From assembly GCA_965228895.1 (NCBI GenBank), contig OZ245842.1:4384001-4448000 (forward strand): DNA of 64,000 bases, given 5' to 3'. Shown in pieces: positions 49,334 through 58,908 of the stretch (positions are counted from its first letter, which is position 1; each line of letters opens with the position of its first letter). A program made the position numbers and the translations under genes. The notes beneath the pieces are model-generated. The model was not told the origin of the DNA. It did not search any database and was given only the letters and a program-made list of their open reading frames with translations. The DNA is from Alphaproteobacteria bacterium. GTDB taxonomy: Bacteria > Pseudomonadota > Alphaproteobacteria > SP197.

Positions 49334-50910
49334 TATCTACCCACGAGCATCTTACCAAGAAGACGTCCCGGTCCAGCACCGGTGCCGACGCCGGGCCAAG
49401 TGGCGGCACCGCACATGTACAGCCGCTTGATCGGCGTCTTGTAGTGCGACCAACCGGGAAACGGCCGCATGACGAAATTCTGCATCGGCTGCATGCTGCC
49501 ACAGGTGATTTCGCCGCCGACCAGATTGGGGTTGTAGCGCTCCAGATCGGCCGGCGACAAAACAGTGCAGGCCAAGATCCGTTCGCGAATACCGGGCGCG
49601 TAGTCGTTGATCTTGTCGAAGATGCGCTCGGCGAACGCCTGCTTGGCCTCATCCCAGTTTGTTGCCTCGATTTCGCCCGCCGCATCGCCACGAATTCTGT
49701 TCGGCAGCAAGTTCGCCATGATCCAGAGAATGTGTCGACCGTCCGGTGCCCGTGACGGATCGACAACCGTCGGCTGACCGACGACCAGGATCGGGCTTTC
49801 CGGCAAAAGACCAGCCTGCGCGCGCTGATAGGACAGCGCCATGTCGTCCAGATAAGGACCGATGTGGACATAGAAGAGGTCGCGCAAATGCCGGCCGGCG
49901 CGCCAGTCCGGCAGATCCGACATCGCCAGATGGATCGTCATCGTGGCGTTGCCGTACTGGTAACGATCGAGCTTTTGCTGAAAGTCCTCGGGCAGCTCCT
50001 CGCTGACCAGTTCACCGAACAGTTTGGTCGGCGCCAGGTTCGCGAGCACGGCCCGCTTGCAGGCGATTGTTTCGCCGTCCTCCAACACCACGCCCTTCGC
50101 TTGCCCCTTCTCGATCGTTACCTCGGCAACGGGCGCGCCGCACCGCAGCGTTCCCCCGTGATCTTCCAGCACCGTGACCATCGCCTCGATCAAACGCGCG
50201 GCACCGCCTTCGGCGATGTAGGCGCCGTTAAGCTGTTCGCCCGCGGATTCGATCCAGCTCAATAGCGTACCGCCTGCGATGTCAGGCCCGAAGTCGGCAT
50301 GGCTGCCCCAGGCGCCGCACAGCGCGTGTACCTTGTCGCTTTCGAAACGCGACGTCAGAAACGATCGCGATGACTGCAGCAACACCTGCATGATCTCTTG
50401 GGGCCAGGCCTTGCCGAGTTTGACGACACCGCCGAGCGCTGCGCGCAGGTCAGTGATGGACGGTAGCGGCGAACCGAGAACCGGGAACATGTGCGGCGCC
50501 CATTGAGCGAACTCGTCGATCATGACTTGCCATGCCCGGGCATCGGCCGCAGATACTCTCGCGATATCGGCTTTGGTGGCTTCGATGTCGGTCGACACGG
50601 CCAGGGAATCGCCGTCGGGAAAGACCGACGAAAACGGTTTGTCGGCACGCAGAAACTTGAGACCGGCCGCCGTCAGTTCGTCTTTGTGTTCGGCGTAAAA
50701 CGGCGAGTTACGGAAGTAAGAGAGATTGCCGGCAAAGAGGTCGTGACGGAAGCCGGGCAGCGTCACCTCTTCCGTCCTGACCGCACCGCCCGGCGCGTCG
50801 TTGCGTTCCAGAACCAGCACGCGCCAGCCGGCCTTGGCCAGAATAATTGCCGCGGCCAGGCCGTTGTGTCCGGCGCCGATGACGATCGCGTCCCATGGAT
50901 CCGTCGTCAT
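49330..50910 (-). CDS. Phytoene desaturase-family FAD oxidoreductase
   Basis: GAGHNGL, LERNDAPGGA, LPGFRHD, YKTPIKRLYMCGAATWPG. Confidence 0.88.
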   Translation of the reverse strand: MTTDPWDAIVIGAGHNGLAAAIILAKAGWRVLVLERNDAPGGAVRTEEVTLPGFRHDLFAGNLSYFRNSPFYAEHKDELTAAGLKFLRADKPFSSVFPDGDSLAVSTDIEATKADIARVSAADARAWQVMIDEFAQWAPHMFPVLGSPLPSITDLRAALGGVVKLGKAWPQEIMQVLLQSSRSFLTSRFESDKVHALCGAWGSHADFGPDIAGGTLLSWIESAGEQLNGAYIAEGGAARLIEAMVTVLEDHGGTLRCGAPVAEVTIEKGQAKGVVLEDGETIACKRAVLANLAPTKLFGELVSEELPEDFQQKLDRYQYGNATMTIHLAMSDLPDWRAGRHLRDLFYVHIGPYLDDMALSYQRAQAGLLPESPILVVGQPTVVDPSRAPDGRHILWIMANLLPNRIRGDAAGEIEATNWDEAKQAFAERIFDKINDYAPGIRERILACTVLSPADLERYNPNLVGGEITCGSMQPMQNFVMRPFPGWSHYKTPIKRLYMCGAATWPGVGTGAGPGRLLGKMLVGRY

Positions 50911-50934
50911 CGCACCTCTCGAGCCAGTCTGGTG

Positions 50935-51095
50935 TCTTGCCGGGCCTGCGCACGAACCATGCCGACGCCGGCAGCGCAATCACAGCATTCCACCCGGTGG
51001 TTGCCGCAAAGACAAGGTGAAAGTCCCCGTCTTGATCAGCACAATGCCCAAGGCGGTCACACCCATGGTGCCGCCCAACAGCCGGCCAGCCAGAT
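50935..51095 (-). pseudogene. Frameshifted relic of the C-terminus of a DHA2 MFS transporter
   Basis: Manual translation LAGRLLGGTMGVTALGIVLIKTG / (frameshift at gggg) DFHLVFAATTGWNAVIALPASAWFVRRP aligns with the end of 47784-49169 (LTSQLLGGTIGMTILGIILVMTNDYQLVFGVTAATCLVIGLVALAWFSRP). Confidence 0.7.
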
Positions 51096-51147
51096 GGCTA
51101 AGGGATTTCGTCAGATAACGCCGGCACGCGCGTTGCTGCCGTCATGC

Positions 51148-52290
51148 CTATCGCAGAAGCGCGTCCTTCACCCAGGTCTGGAAAGCGTGGACGCAGTGTT
51201 CGCTGTCGCCGGGTTCTCCGTCCTTGGTGAAGAAACGGCCCTGGTAGTAGCCGCGCGACTTGATGCCGCGCTGCACGCCCTCGTTAAGCGCCGCATCTTC
51301 AGGACCCAGGTTGTTGTTGAACCATGTCTCCGAACCGCGCGTCGTCGGATCGTCGGACTCACCGGGAATGTCGAAATAGGGATTCTCGACGACACAGGTT
51401 TCCGGTCCGGTCGGGCGCATCAAGAAGGTCGAGATCATGTTGGCGTAGGGCCAGGAATAAATGATCCAGTCCGGCCACAGGTAAAGCGTGATGAAGTAGG
51501 GCGTCTGGCCGCCCTTGCCGTCTTCGGGAAACGGATAGACGCCGGTCTTGTTCTGGCCAGGCGGCGCGATGATGGCGAACCAGTTCTCGTGCACCTCAAG
51601 CTTGGTGCCCGCCATGTCGATGATGTCGCAGAGCTCGCGGTGACAGGGACCGGAGTTCGGGAAGTGATACCCCTCGATCGCGTTCTCGACGACCACCTTC
51701 CAGTTAGCCTTGATGTCGAAGTCCTTGCCACTGGCCGGGACGACACGATCGACATCGGGGAACCACGTGTAGATCGCGTCTTCCATGCCGGGCGCCCATT
51801 CGTTCATGGGTTTGGCATGCGGATCGAGGTTGACGAAGACGAAGCCGCCGAATTCCTGCACGCGCACGTGCTCCAGCGAGAAATCGGCCTTGTCGAAACC
51901 GGCGACGGCCTCGCAGTTGCGCGCGGCTCTTAGGCCGCCGTCCAGACCATAGGCCCAGGCGTGGTAGGGGCAAGTGATGACGGCCTTGACGTTGCCCTTG
52001 CCCTGAAGCAGCTCGTGCGCACGGTGCTGGCAGACATTGTGGAAGGCGCGGAGGTTGCCGTCGGCGCCGCGAATGACGAAGACGCCCTGGCCCTGCACAT
52101 CGACCGCCGCATAGTCGCCGCGGTTCGCCACCTCGCTCTTGTGACAGACGACGCGCCAGGAACGATGGAAGATCTTCTCCCGTTCCTCGGTGAAGACCTC
52201 CGGCCGAAAATACCACGGCGACGGCAGCGTGAAGGACGTGCCGGCATCGTCGGTGAAGTTCTCGGTCGCGAACGCGTTAAGGGTGGCCAT
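51148..52290 (-). CDS. Rieske non-heme iron oxygenase alpha subunit (CntA/choline monooxygenase-like)
   Basis: CQH...CPYHAW Rieske motif; NWK..ENAIEGYH; GPED; EGVQRG. Confidence 0.9.
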   Translation of the reverse strand: MATLNAFATENFTDDAGTSFTLPSPWYFRPEVFTEEREKIFHRSWRVVCHKSEVANRGDYAAVDVQGQGVFVIRGADGNLRAFHNVCQHRAHELLQGKGNVKAVITCPYHAWAYGLDGGLRAARNCEAVAGFDKADFSLEHVRVQEFGGFVFVNLDPHAKPMNEWAPGMEDAIYTWFPDVDRVVPASGKDFDIKANWKVVVENAIEGYHFPNSGPCHRELCDIIDMAGTKLEVHENWFAIIAPPGQNKTGVYPFPEDGKGGQTPYFITLYLWPDWIIYSWPYANMISTFLMRPTGPETCVVENPYFDIPGESDDPTTRGSETWFNNNLGPEDAALNEGVQRGIKSRGYYQGRFFTKDGEPGDSEHCVHAFQTWVKDALLR

Positions 52291-52442
52291 GGCCAGCTCC
52301 GCAAGCATGATCGTTTATTGAACGAACGTACAATAACCACTTCGGCTGTTCAACCTGTGCCGCAGATTGTATGGCTTAAGCACGCCAGCGGACAATTGCG
52401 CCCGATCGATGCGCGAAACCGCCGGATGGGGGCCTTTGCCGG

Positions 52443-53630
52443 ATGACGAGCGCGTCGCCATCGAAAGCCGTGTTGTGGCGGAGCCTGATTGCCGTCATCG
52501 GCGGATTGACCGTCGCGTCCATGACCGGCGGCTTCAACGCGCCGCTGTTTGCTACACGCCTTGACGAAATGGGTGTCGACGACTGGTTGATCGGGGCCAG
52601 CACCGCGGCCAACGCCATCGGCCTCTTCGTTGTCGCGCCGTTCGCACCGGCGATCATTGCGCGCTACGGGCTGGCGCCGGTCATGATCGTGACAACGCTA
52701 CTGGAGGCCGCTCTCTATCTCGCGTGCACTGTCGTGACCGGCTTCTGGGGCTGGACAATCATCCGTCTCGCCATGGGCGCCATCGGTGGCGTTCTGTGGA
52801 TTGCGGGCGAAGTCTGGATTACCCAGACGGCAACGGACGCGATCCGTGGCCGTGTGCTGGCGATCTACAATGCCTGCTTCAGCATGGGCAGCGCTGTCGG
52901 ACCAAGCGTCCTGTCGATTGTCGGTTATGCCGGGTCGACCCCGTTCATCATCGCCACCGCGATCACCGTCGCTTCGGTGGTGCCGATCATCTGGGCCCGC
53001 CGGCTGGCGCCGCAGATCGAAAACGAAAGGCACGGCGACGGGTTCTTCGGCTTGATGAAGTCGATGCTGACGCCGCTCCGCCTCGCGCCGGTGCCGATGA
53101 TGTTCAATCTCAGCTACGCGCTTGTCTTCACGGCACTATGGACGTTTCTACCGGTCTATGCGGCGGACACGGGTCTCGACGTCGATCGCGCCTTCCAGCA
53201 ACTCACCGCGTTCGCGATTGGCGGCATCGCGCTTCAATACCCGATCGGGTGGCTGTCGGACCGTGGCGACAGCCGCCTCGTCGGCGCATGCCTCATTGGC
53301 GGCAGCTTTCTGGCGCTTCTCGCGATCGACCTCTTCATCCATGTGCCGGGCCTGGACTTCGTCTATTTCTTTGTCCTGGGCGGCCTCGTTAGCGGCCTCT
53401 ATGTCGTCGCGCTCAGTTTGATCGGTGCACAGTTTCGCGGCTCATCGCTCGCAACGGCGATCACGGTCTATACCCTCATGTGGAGCGCAGCCAGCGTGTT
53501 CAGCCCGCCCTTCGTCGGCGTGGCCAACGATATCGTCGGACCCGATGGCCTGCCGCTCTCCATGGTGCTGTTTACGGCGGTGTTCCTGCCCTTCGCTATC
53601 GCGAGCTGGCTGCGTCACCGGCGACGGTGA
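52443..53630 (+). CDS. MFS transporter (YcaD-like)
   Basis: EVWI, RGRVLAIY, LQYPIGWLSDR. Confidence 0.85.
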   Translation: MTSASPSKAVLWRSLIAVIGGLTVASMTGGFNAPLFATRLDEMGVDDWLIGASTAANAIGLFVVAPFAPAIIARYGLAPVMIVTTLLEAALYLACTVVTGFWGWTIIRLAMGAIGGVLWIAGEVWITQTATDAIRGRVLAIYNACFSMGSAVGPSVLSIVGYAGSTPFIIATAITVASVVPIIWARRLAPQIENERHGDGFFGLMKSMLTPLRLAPVPMMFNLSYALVFTALWTFLPVYAADTGLDVDRAFQQLTAFAIGGIALQYPIGWLSDRGDSRLVGACLIGGSFLALLAIDLFIHVPGLDFVYFFVLGGLVSGLYVVALSLIGAQFRGSSLATAITVYTLMWSAASVFSPPFVGVANDIVGPDGLPLSMVLFTAVFLPFAIASWLRHRRR

Positions 53631-53657
53631 TTCGTTGACCCGGCGATGGCTGAACGC

Positions 53658-54827
53658 CTATGCATGCATCGCGCGCGCAGCCCAGCGATGGAAGCAGTGG
53701 GTCGGCTGTTCCATGACCGGCGTCAAGACGCCGCCATCGAAACCGGGTGAGGCCCGACCCGCCTGCATGCCTTCGCACACGCCCTGGTCCTCGGCGAAGA
53801 TCTCGTTCCAGCCGGCGGTGACCTGACGGCGGACGTCGTCGTAGTCGGGGCCGAGCGGCACCTCGCCGACATAGTAGATATCGAAGGTCTCGCTGACCCG
53901 CCCCGCGCCGTCGGGTAAGAGGCGGACCGCATAGAAATGATCGAAGTGGATCCCGAACAGAACGTTGGGGAACAGCGCGACGTATTCGGCCCGGGTCGCC
54001 CATTCTTCCGGCAGGTTGGGAAACAGCGGCAGGTCGGGTCCGCTACGTTCGGGGCTATAGACCAGGCTGCCCTGCCCGGCGAACCGGTTGTCGACGACGA
54101 TGTCGTAGTGGTCTTCCAGCCGGGAATAACTGTTCAGGCCGGGATGCACCATCGGCAGGTGATAGGCCTCGCAGTAGTTCTCGACCGCCAGCTTCCAGTT
54201 GCAGTCCAGGTCGAATCCGATCACCGAATCCGCACCGCCATGGCGCATCACGCTTTGGTCGAACATCGACCAGCGTTCGTCGAGCGGACGAATGAAATCC
54301 TCGAACGGAGCGCCGTCGCCCGACAGGTTGACGAAGATCTGGTCGAACCAGACCGCGCTTTTGACCTGCTTCAGACCGAACCGGCCGGTATCGAAACCCG
54401 GGCAGGTGTGGATGCCCGAGCCGCCGACATGGGGTGTCGTCCTGAGCGATCCGTCGAAGCCATAAGCCCAGTTGTGATAGGGGCACGTCAGGACGGCGCC
54501 GGCGTGACCGGCTTCGGTCACCAGGGTCATGCCGCGATGGCGACAGACATTGTGGAAGACGTTGACCGCGCCGTCGCGTGCGCGGACAAAAAACAGCGGC
54601 ATGCCGAGCAGATCGACCGGCCTGACATCGCCGGCTTCCGGCACCTGGGAAGCCCGGCCGATCGCGACCCAGGAGCGCGCCCACATCCGGTCGCGCTCCA
54701 GGTCCAGATAAGCATCGGAGGTATAGGCCCGGTTGGGCAGGCCGCGCGCCTCGCCCAACGGCGCTTCGATGGCCGCCAGATCCGGCAGTTCAAGAGTCGG
54801 GTTATCGGTTGCAGGCAAGACGGACAT
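53658..54827 (-). CDS. Rieske non-heme iron oxygenase alpha subunit (choline monooxygenase-like)
   Basis: CRH...CPYHNW; NWKLAVENYCEAYHLPMVH; FAEDQGVCEGMQAG. Confidence 0.9.
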   Translation of the reverse strand: MSVLPATDNPTLELPDLAAIEAPLGEARGLPNRAYTSDAYLDLERDRMWARSWVAIGRASQVPEAGDVRPVDLLGMPLFFVRARDGAVNVFHNVCRHRGMTLVTEAGHAGAVLTCPYHNWAYGFDGSLRTTPHVGGSGIHTCPGFDTGRFGLKQVKSAVWFDQIFVNLSGDGAPFEDFIRPLDERWSMFDQSVMRHGGADSVIGFDLDCNWKLAVENYCEAYHLPMVHPGLNSYSRLEDHYDIVVDNRFAGQGSLVYSPERSGPDLPLFPNLPEEWATRAEYVALFPNVLFGIHFDHFYAVRLLPDGAGRVSETFDIYYVGEVPLGPDYDDVRRQVTAGWNEIFAEDQGVCEGMQAGRASPGFDGGVLTPVMEQPTHCFHRWAARAMHA

Positions 54828-54928
54828 CGCGCGTTCCAAGGTGAAGCCCTAACAGAGATCATGATTAGGAACCAAATTGCGATCCGGAAAAACTTCACAA
54901 ATTCTCAGCATAACCATACGCTCACATT

Positions 54929-55879
54929 ATGGATAGCCTGCGCCGCAACCTTCCCTCGCCGACCGGTCTGGTGACGTTCGAAGCGGCCGCACGGCACCTG
55001 AACTTCACGCGGGCCGCCGAAGAGCTGAGCGTCTCCCAGGCTGCCGTAAGCCGCCAGATCAAGGCGCTAGAGGACAATCTGAGCGTATTGTTGTTTCACC
55101 GGGCCGCGCGCCGGGTACGCCTGACCCGCGAAGGCGAGCGCCTGCGCGACGCGGTCGCCACCGGCCTGGGCCACATCGCGACCGTGGCCACCGACTTGAG
55201 GCGCCAGGGCGACAGCGCCGGCGTCGCGGTCGCCACCAGCACCGCCTTCATGTCGATGTGGATGATGCCCCGGGTCGGCCTGTTCCGTACCGCGCAGCCG
55301 GATGTGGCGCTGCGGCTGGTGGCGGCCGATCCCTATGTCGACCCGCAGACCGCGAGCGTCGACCTCGCGGTGCGGTTCGGCGACGGCGCCTGGCCCGGGC
55401 TGGATTCCGTGCGCCTGTTCGACGACATCATCATGCCGGTCTGCAGCCCGGGTTATCTCGCCGGGCGCAAGCCGCCGGCGGGTCCCCAGGATCTGGTTCG
55501 CGAAACGCTCCTGCATCAAGACGAGATCGACCCCGACTGGGTGCCGTGGCGGACATGGTTGGCGCCCTTCGGCGTTTCGCCACCGCCGGCGCGCGGCGGC
55601 CTGAGCTTCAACAACTACGCCAACGTCATTCAGGCCGCGTTGGACGGCCAGGGCATCGCGCTGGGCTGGACCCGCCTGATCGAGGGGTCGCTCCGGCGCG
55701 GCGCCTTGGTGCGCGCCATCGAGACGACAACGCGCTCGAGCCAGGCGCACTACCTGGTGACACCACGCGACCGGCCGCTGGCGCCACAAGCCCTTCAGTT
55801 TCGCGACTGGCTGATCGCGACGGCGGCAAGTGAGCCGGATCCCGAAGACGACCTTCCCGATGTCTACGGCAGGCCTTAG
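54929..55879 (+). CDS. LysR regulator (GcvA-like), divergent from the Rieske gene
   Basis: FEAAARHLNFTRAAEELSVSQAAVSRQIKALE; QAALDGQGIALGW. Confidence 0.92.
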   Translation: MDSLRRNLPSPTGLVTFEAAARHLNFTRAAEELSVSQAAVSRQIKALEDNLSVLLFHRAARRVRLTREGERLRDAVATGLGHIATVATDLRRQGDSAGVAVATSTAFMSMWMMPRVGLFRTAQPDVALRLVAADPYVDPQTASVDLAVRFGDGAWPGLDSVRLFDDIIMPVCSPGYLAGRKPPAGPQDLVRETLLHQDEIDPDWVPWRTWLAPFGVSPPPARGGLSFNNYANVIQAALDGQGIALGWTRLIEGSLRRGALVRAIETTTRSSQAHYLVTPRDRPLAPQALQFRDWLIATAASEPDPEDDLPDVYGRP

Positions 55880-56262
55880 CTCGCCAAGGCAGCGATCAAA
55901 GACGCGATCGCCGCGACGCCAATCACCGCCAGCGTCAGGATCATGCCGCCGACACGCGCCGCCGGGCGGCGGGTCAGTGTCGAGAGCGCGAAGCCGTGCA
56001 TCAGCCGGCCGAGGATGAGCGCCGCGCCCAACAGATAGATCAGGAACGACGGCGCACCGCCGAGCTCGGCGAATGCCATCAAGATGAGCGCAATCGGGAC
56101 GTATTCGGCAAAGTTGCCGTGAGCCCGTATCCGGCGTGTCAGCAGTTCGTCACCACCATCGCCCAGATTGACCGAGGCCGCGCGGCGCGTGCGGATCACG
56201 TTGGCCGTCAACAGAATGTACCCGAGCCCGAGCAGGCCGGCGAAGAACGCGGTGATCATCAT
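55876..56262 (-). CDS. MAPEG family membrane protein
   Basis: LGDGGD, RAHGNFAEYVP, GRLMH. Confidence 0.88.
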   Translation of the reverse strand: MMITAFFAGLLGLGYILLTANVIRTRRAASVNLGDGGDELLTRRIRAHGNFAEYVPIALILMAFAELGGAPSFLIYLLGAALILGRLMHGFALSTLTRRPAARVGGMILTLAVIGVAAIASLIAALAS

Positions 56263-56392
56263 GGCAAACGGGTATCCCTCGTCCAAAGGTTGGCAACGGC
56301 CTAAGCTGGCCCAAGCAACAAAGAAAGCAGCACCTTGTGTCCTGATGTTACGAGTGGGATAGCCCGAGCGATCAATCACCGTTACGAAGCGG

Positions 56393-56533
56393 CTAAGAGC
56401 AGATCCCGGATTGATGGAATCGCCTTGCGATGCCATCAATCCGGGTGAATCTGCTCTAATCATGGATAAAGAGCGGATTCACGTGGTTAGGTGGAACCGT
56501 TCATCGGTTCCACCTAACCACGACCCGCTCTGG
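56393..56533. repeat. 141-bp CIR/RIME-like double-hairpin intergenic repeat, copy 2
   Basis: Reverse-complement homolog of 49193-49333; GANTC sites at 56447 and 56476, plus one at 56417. Confidence 0.85.
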
Positions 56534-56576
56534 TCGGTCCCAGCAGACCCTGTCATAGCAAATAAGGGAGGCCGCC

Positions 56577-57374
56577 ATGTTTCGCCCGCCACGTATCGCC
56601 GCCGTTGGTGTTGTCCTGATGTTGGGGTTGCTCGCCGCTCCGATACAGGCGGCGGACATCCAGTGGTTCGGTCAATCAGCGCTCAAGATCACCACACCTG
56701 GCGGCAAGGTCATCATGGTCGATCCGTTCATCATGCAGAACCCGGTGACCCCCGATGCGATGAAGGACTTGGCCGCGCTGGGTCCGGTTGATCTGATCCT
56801 TGTCACCCACGGCCATGGCGATCACATCGGCGATACGGTCGAACTGGCGGTGATGACCGGCGCCAAGGTCGGCATGAACGCGGATATGGGCCATACCTTC
56901 CGCCTGCTGGGCCTGGTGCCGGGTGACCGGTTGATCCGCTTTAACAAACACGGCCCGATCCAGCCGATCGGCGACGAGGTCACCATCACCATGGTGCGCG
57001 CCGAACACAGTTCCGAGGTCGTGCACGAGGACATGATCTATCCAGGCGGCGAACCGGCGGGCTACATCATCGCGATCGATGGCGACACGACGATCTACCA
57101 TGCGGGCGATACCGGCGTGTTCCACGATATGGCGCTGATCCCGGAGCTTTATGCGCCCGATGTTGCCTTCCTGCCGATTGGCGGCCATTTCACCATGGAT
57201 CCCGAGCACGCGGCCTATGCGGTGAAGACGTTTCTGAACACCCCTGTGGTCGTGCCGATCCACTACGGCACCTTCCCGCCGCTCAAGGGCACGCCAGAGC
57301 AACTCATCGAGGCGCTTGGCGACTGGGACGGCGAGGTCGTTGTCATGCAGCCGGGCGAAAGCCGCGCGTTCTAG
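56577..57374 (+). CDS. Exported metallo-beta-lactamase-fold hydrolase (UPF0173-like)
   Basis: Signal peptide; THGHGDH; AEHSS; YHAGDT; LPIGG; PIHYGTFP. Confidence 0.88.
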   Translation: MFRPPRIAAVGVVLMLGLLAAPIQAADIQWFGQSALKITTPGGKVIMVDPFIMQNPVTPDAMKDLAALGPVDLILVTHGHGDHIGDTVELAVMTGAKVGMNADMGHTFRLLGLVPGDRLIRFNKHGPIQPIGDEVTITMVRAEHSSEVVHEDMIYPGGEPAGYIIAIDGDTTIYHAGDTGVFHDMALIPELYAPDVAFLPIGGHFTMDPEHAAYAVKTFLNTPVVVPIHYGTFPPLKGTPEQLIEALGDWDGEVVVMQPGESRAF

Positions 57375-57401
57375 ATACGGCTGTTCGCGGGGTCCTGATG
57401 C

Positions 57402-58763
57402 TTAGGGCCCTGTGATCTCACCGCGGATCAGCCACACATGGCTCGCCTCGTCCTGTTTGAACGTGCTGTTGACGACGGCGACCGTGTTGCCGTCGACCGC
57501 GAGCTTGCGCATCAGCAGGCCCTGCAAGCTGCCGTTGACGCCTAGGTCGAGGTCCGCGGTGCCTGGAACGATAGCCGGCTCGGAGAAGCTGTCACCGCCC
57601 TCCTGCAACAGGGTGTAGCCCAGACCCAGCGGCCGCTCACCATGGCGCGGATAACGTTCCCACGTGATCATCACTGTCCCATTGGCACTCAGCGCGAGAG
57701 ACGGAAATGCCGCGCTTGCGATGGCGCCGTCGAAGGGTTTCGGCACGCTGCGCGGCACCTCAAAACCTTGCCCGCCATCCGTCGACCGGGCGTAGACAAT
57801 TCTGTAACGCCCATACATACCACCGGCGCTCTCGGCGAATGCCAAATGCAGAACGCCGTCGCTATCGAAGGCGAGCTTCGGCGCGTCCGAATGGCCGGCC
57901 GTGTCGCCCGCTGTTATTGGCGTACCGAATGTGTCGCCACCATCCGTCGAGGTCGCGATACGAATGTCGGCGCTGTCGTCTTCGCCCACGGTCCAGGCCA
58001 GTGCGATCGTGCCATCCTGCGCTACCGCCAGCGACGGGCCGCGCGCAGGGCCGCCGTCATCGATCGTCGCGATCACCAACGCATCGGCAAAGGTCAACCC
58101 GCGGTCGTCGGACCGCGTGAACCACAGGTTGCCCTCGTACGCGGTCCAGGCCGCGTAAAGCGCGCCGTCGGGACCAAGCGCCAGATCCAGGCTGCCGTTG
58201 TTCCAGTGGCGCGGCGTCAGCCGACCTTTGCCCTCGCCGGCCAGACTGTCGGTCAGGTTGACCGGGTTGTCGAAGGTCGCGCCGCCATCGCCGGAGCGCG
58301 CGAAGAAGATATCACCGCCGTGGGAGCCGCCGGAAAAAACGATCTCCTGCCACAGCACGTAGACGTCGTCCGTGCCGTCATTAGCGAACGCGACCCGCGG
58401 CAGCCACGAAAAGATGTCGGGGCTCCTGGAGACATCGACCGGTGTTTCGAAACGCAGCGCACCTTCAGGCTCATAAATCTGGAAAAGTACGCTGTGGCGG
58501 GTCTGGTCGACCCAGACCACGCCGATTTCGCCATTGGGACCAATTGCCGGTGATGGATCGTCGACATAGCGGAAGTCGGAGTCGTTCTGTCGCCACGGCC
58601 CCTTATGGCCCTTGCCCGACGCGACCTCGATCGGGTCTTGCCAGGTCACCGCCAACGTTTCGGCGAAGCCCGGCGACATGCCGCCCACCACACCGGCAAT
58701 GACCACCCCACCCATCGCCATCAGAATCAACCAGGCAGATTTCATCATCACATCACCATCCAT
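57402..58763 (-). CDS. Secreted Asp-box (BNR) beta-propeller / sialidase-like protein
   Basis: Four Asp-boxes (SGDGGATF, SDDRGLTF, STDGGDTF, STDGGQGF); N-terminal hydrophobic signal. Confidence 0.78.
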   Translation of the reverse strand: MDGDVMMKSAWLILMAMGGVVIAGVVGGMSPGFAETLAVTWQDPIEVASGKGHKGPWRQNDSDFRYVDDPSPAIGPNGEIGVVWVDQTRHSVLFQIYEPEGALRFETPVDVSRSPDIFSWLPRVAFANDGTDDVYVLWQEIVFSGGSHGGDIFFARSGDGGATFDNPVNLTDSLAGEGKGRLTPRHWNNGSLDLALGPDGALYAAWTAYEGNLWFTRSDDRGLTFADALVIATIDDGGPARGPSLAVAQDGTIALAWTVGEDDSADIRIATSTDGGDTFGTPITAGDTAGHSDAPKLAFDSDGVLHLAFAESAGGMYGRYRIVYARSTDGGQGFEVPRSVPKPFDGAIASAAFPSLALSANGTVMITWERYPRHGERPLGLGYTLLQEGGDSFSEPAIVPGTADLDLGVNGSLQGLLMRKLAVDGNTVAVVNSTFKQDEASHVWLIRGEITGP

Positions 58764-58908
58764 CCGCCCCCTCGCCGCGTATCATAACCACACCTGGCGC
58801 CGCTCACGCGGCTTTGTTTGCGACTTGATCAGCCCAAACGTTGTCCGCCGCGCCGCCCTCATTACGTCTTGGCTCAGAAGCTGTTTTCTCCCTGGGGACC
58901 CCGCCGTC

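Noticed and set aside
49330-50910. Carotenoid biosynthesis locus
   Set aside because: No crtB or crtE nearby; the protein fits the broad phytoene-desaturase-like oxidoreductase family.
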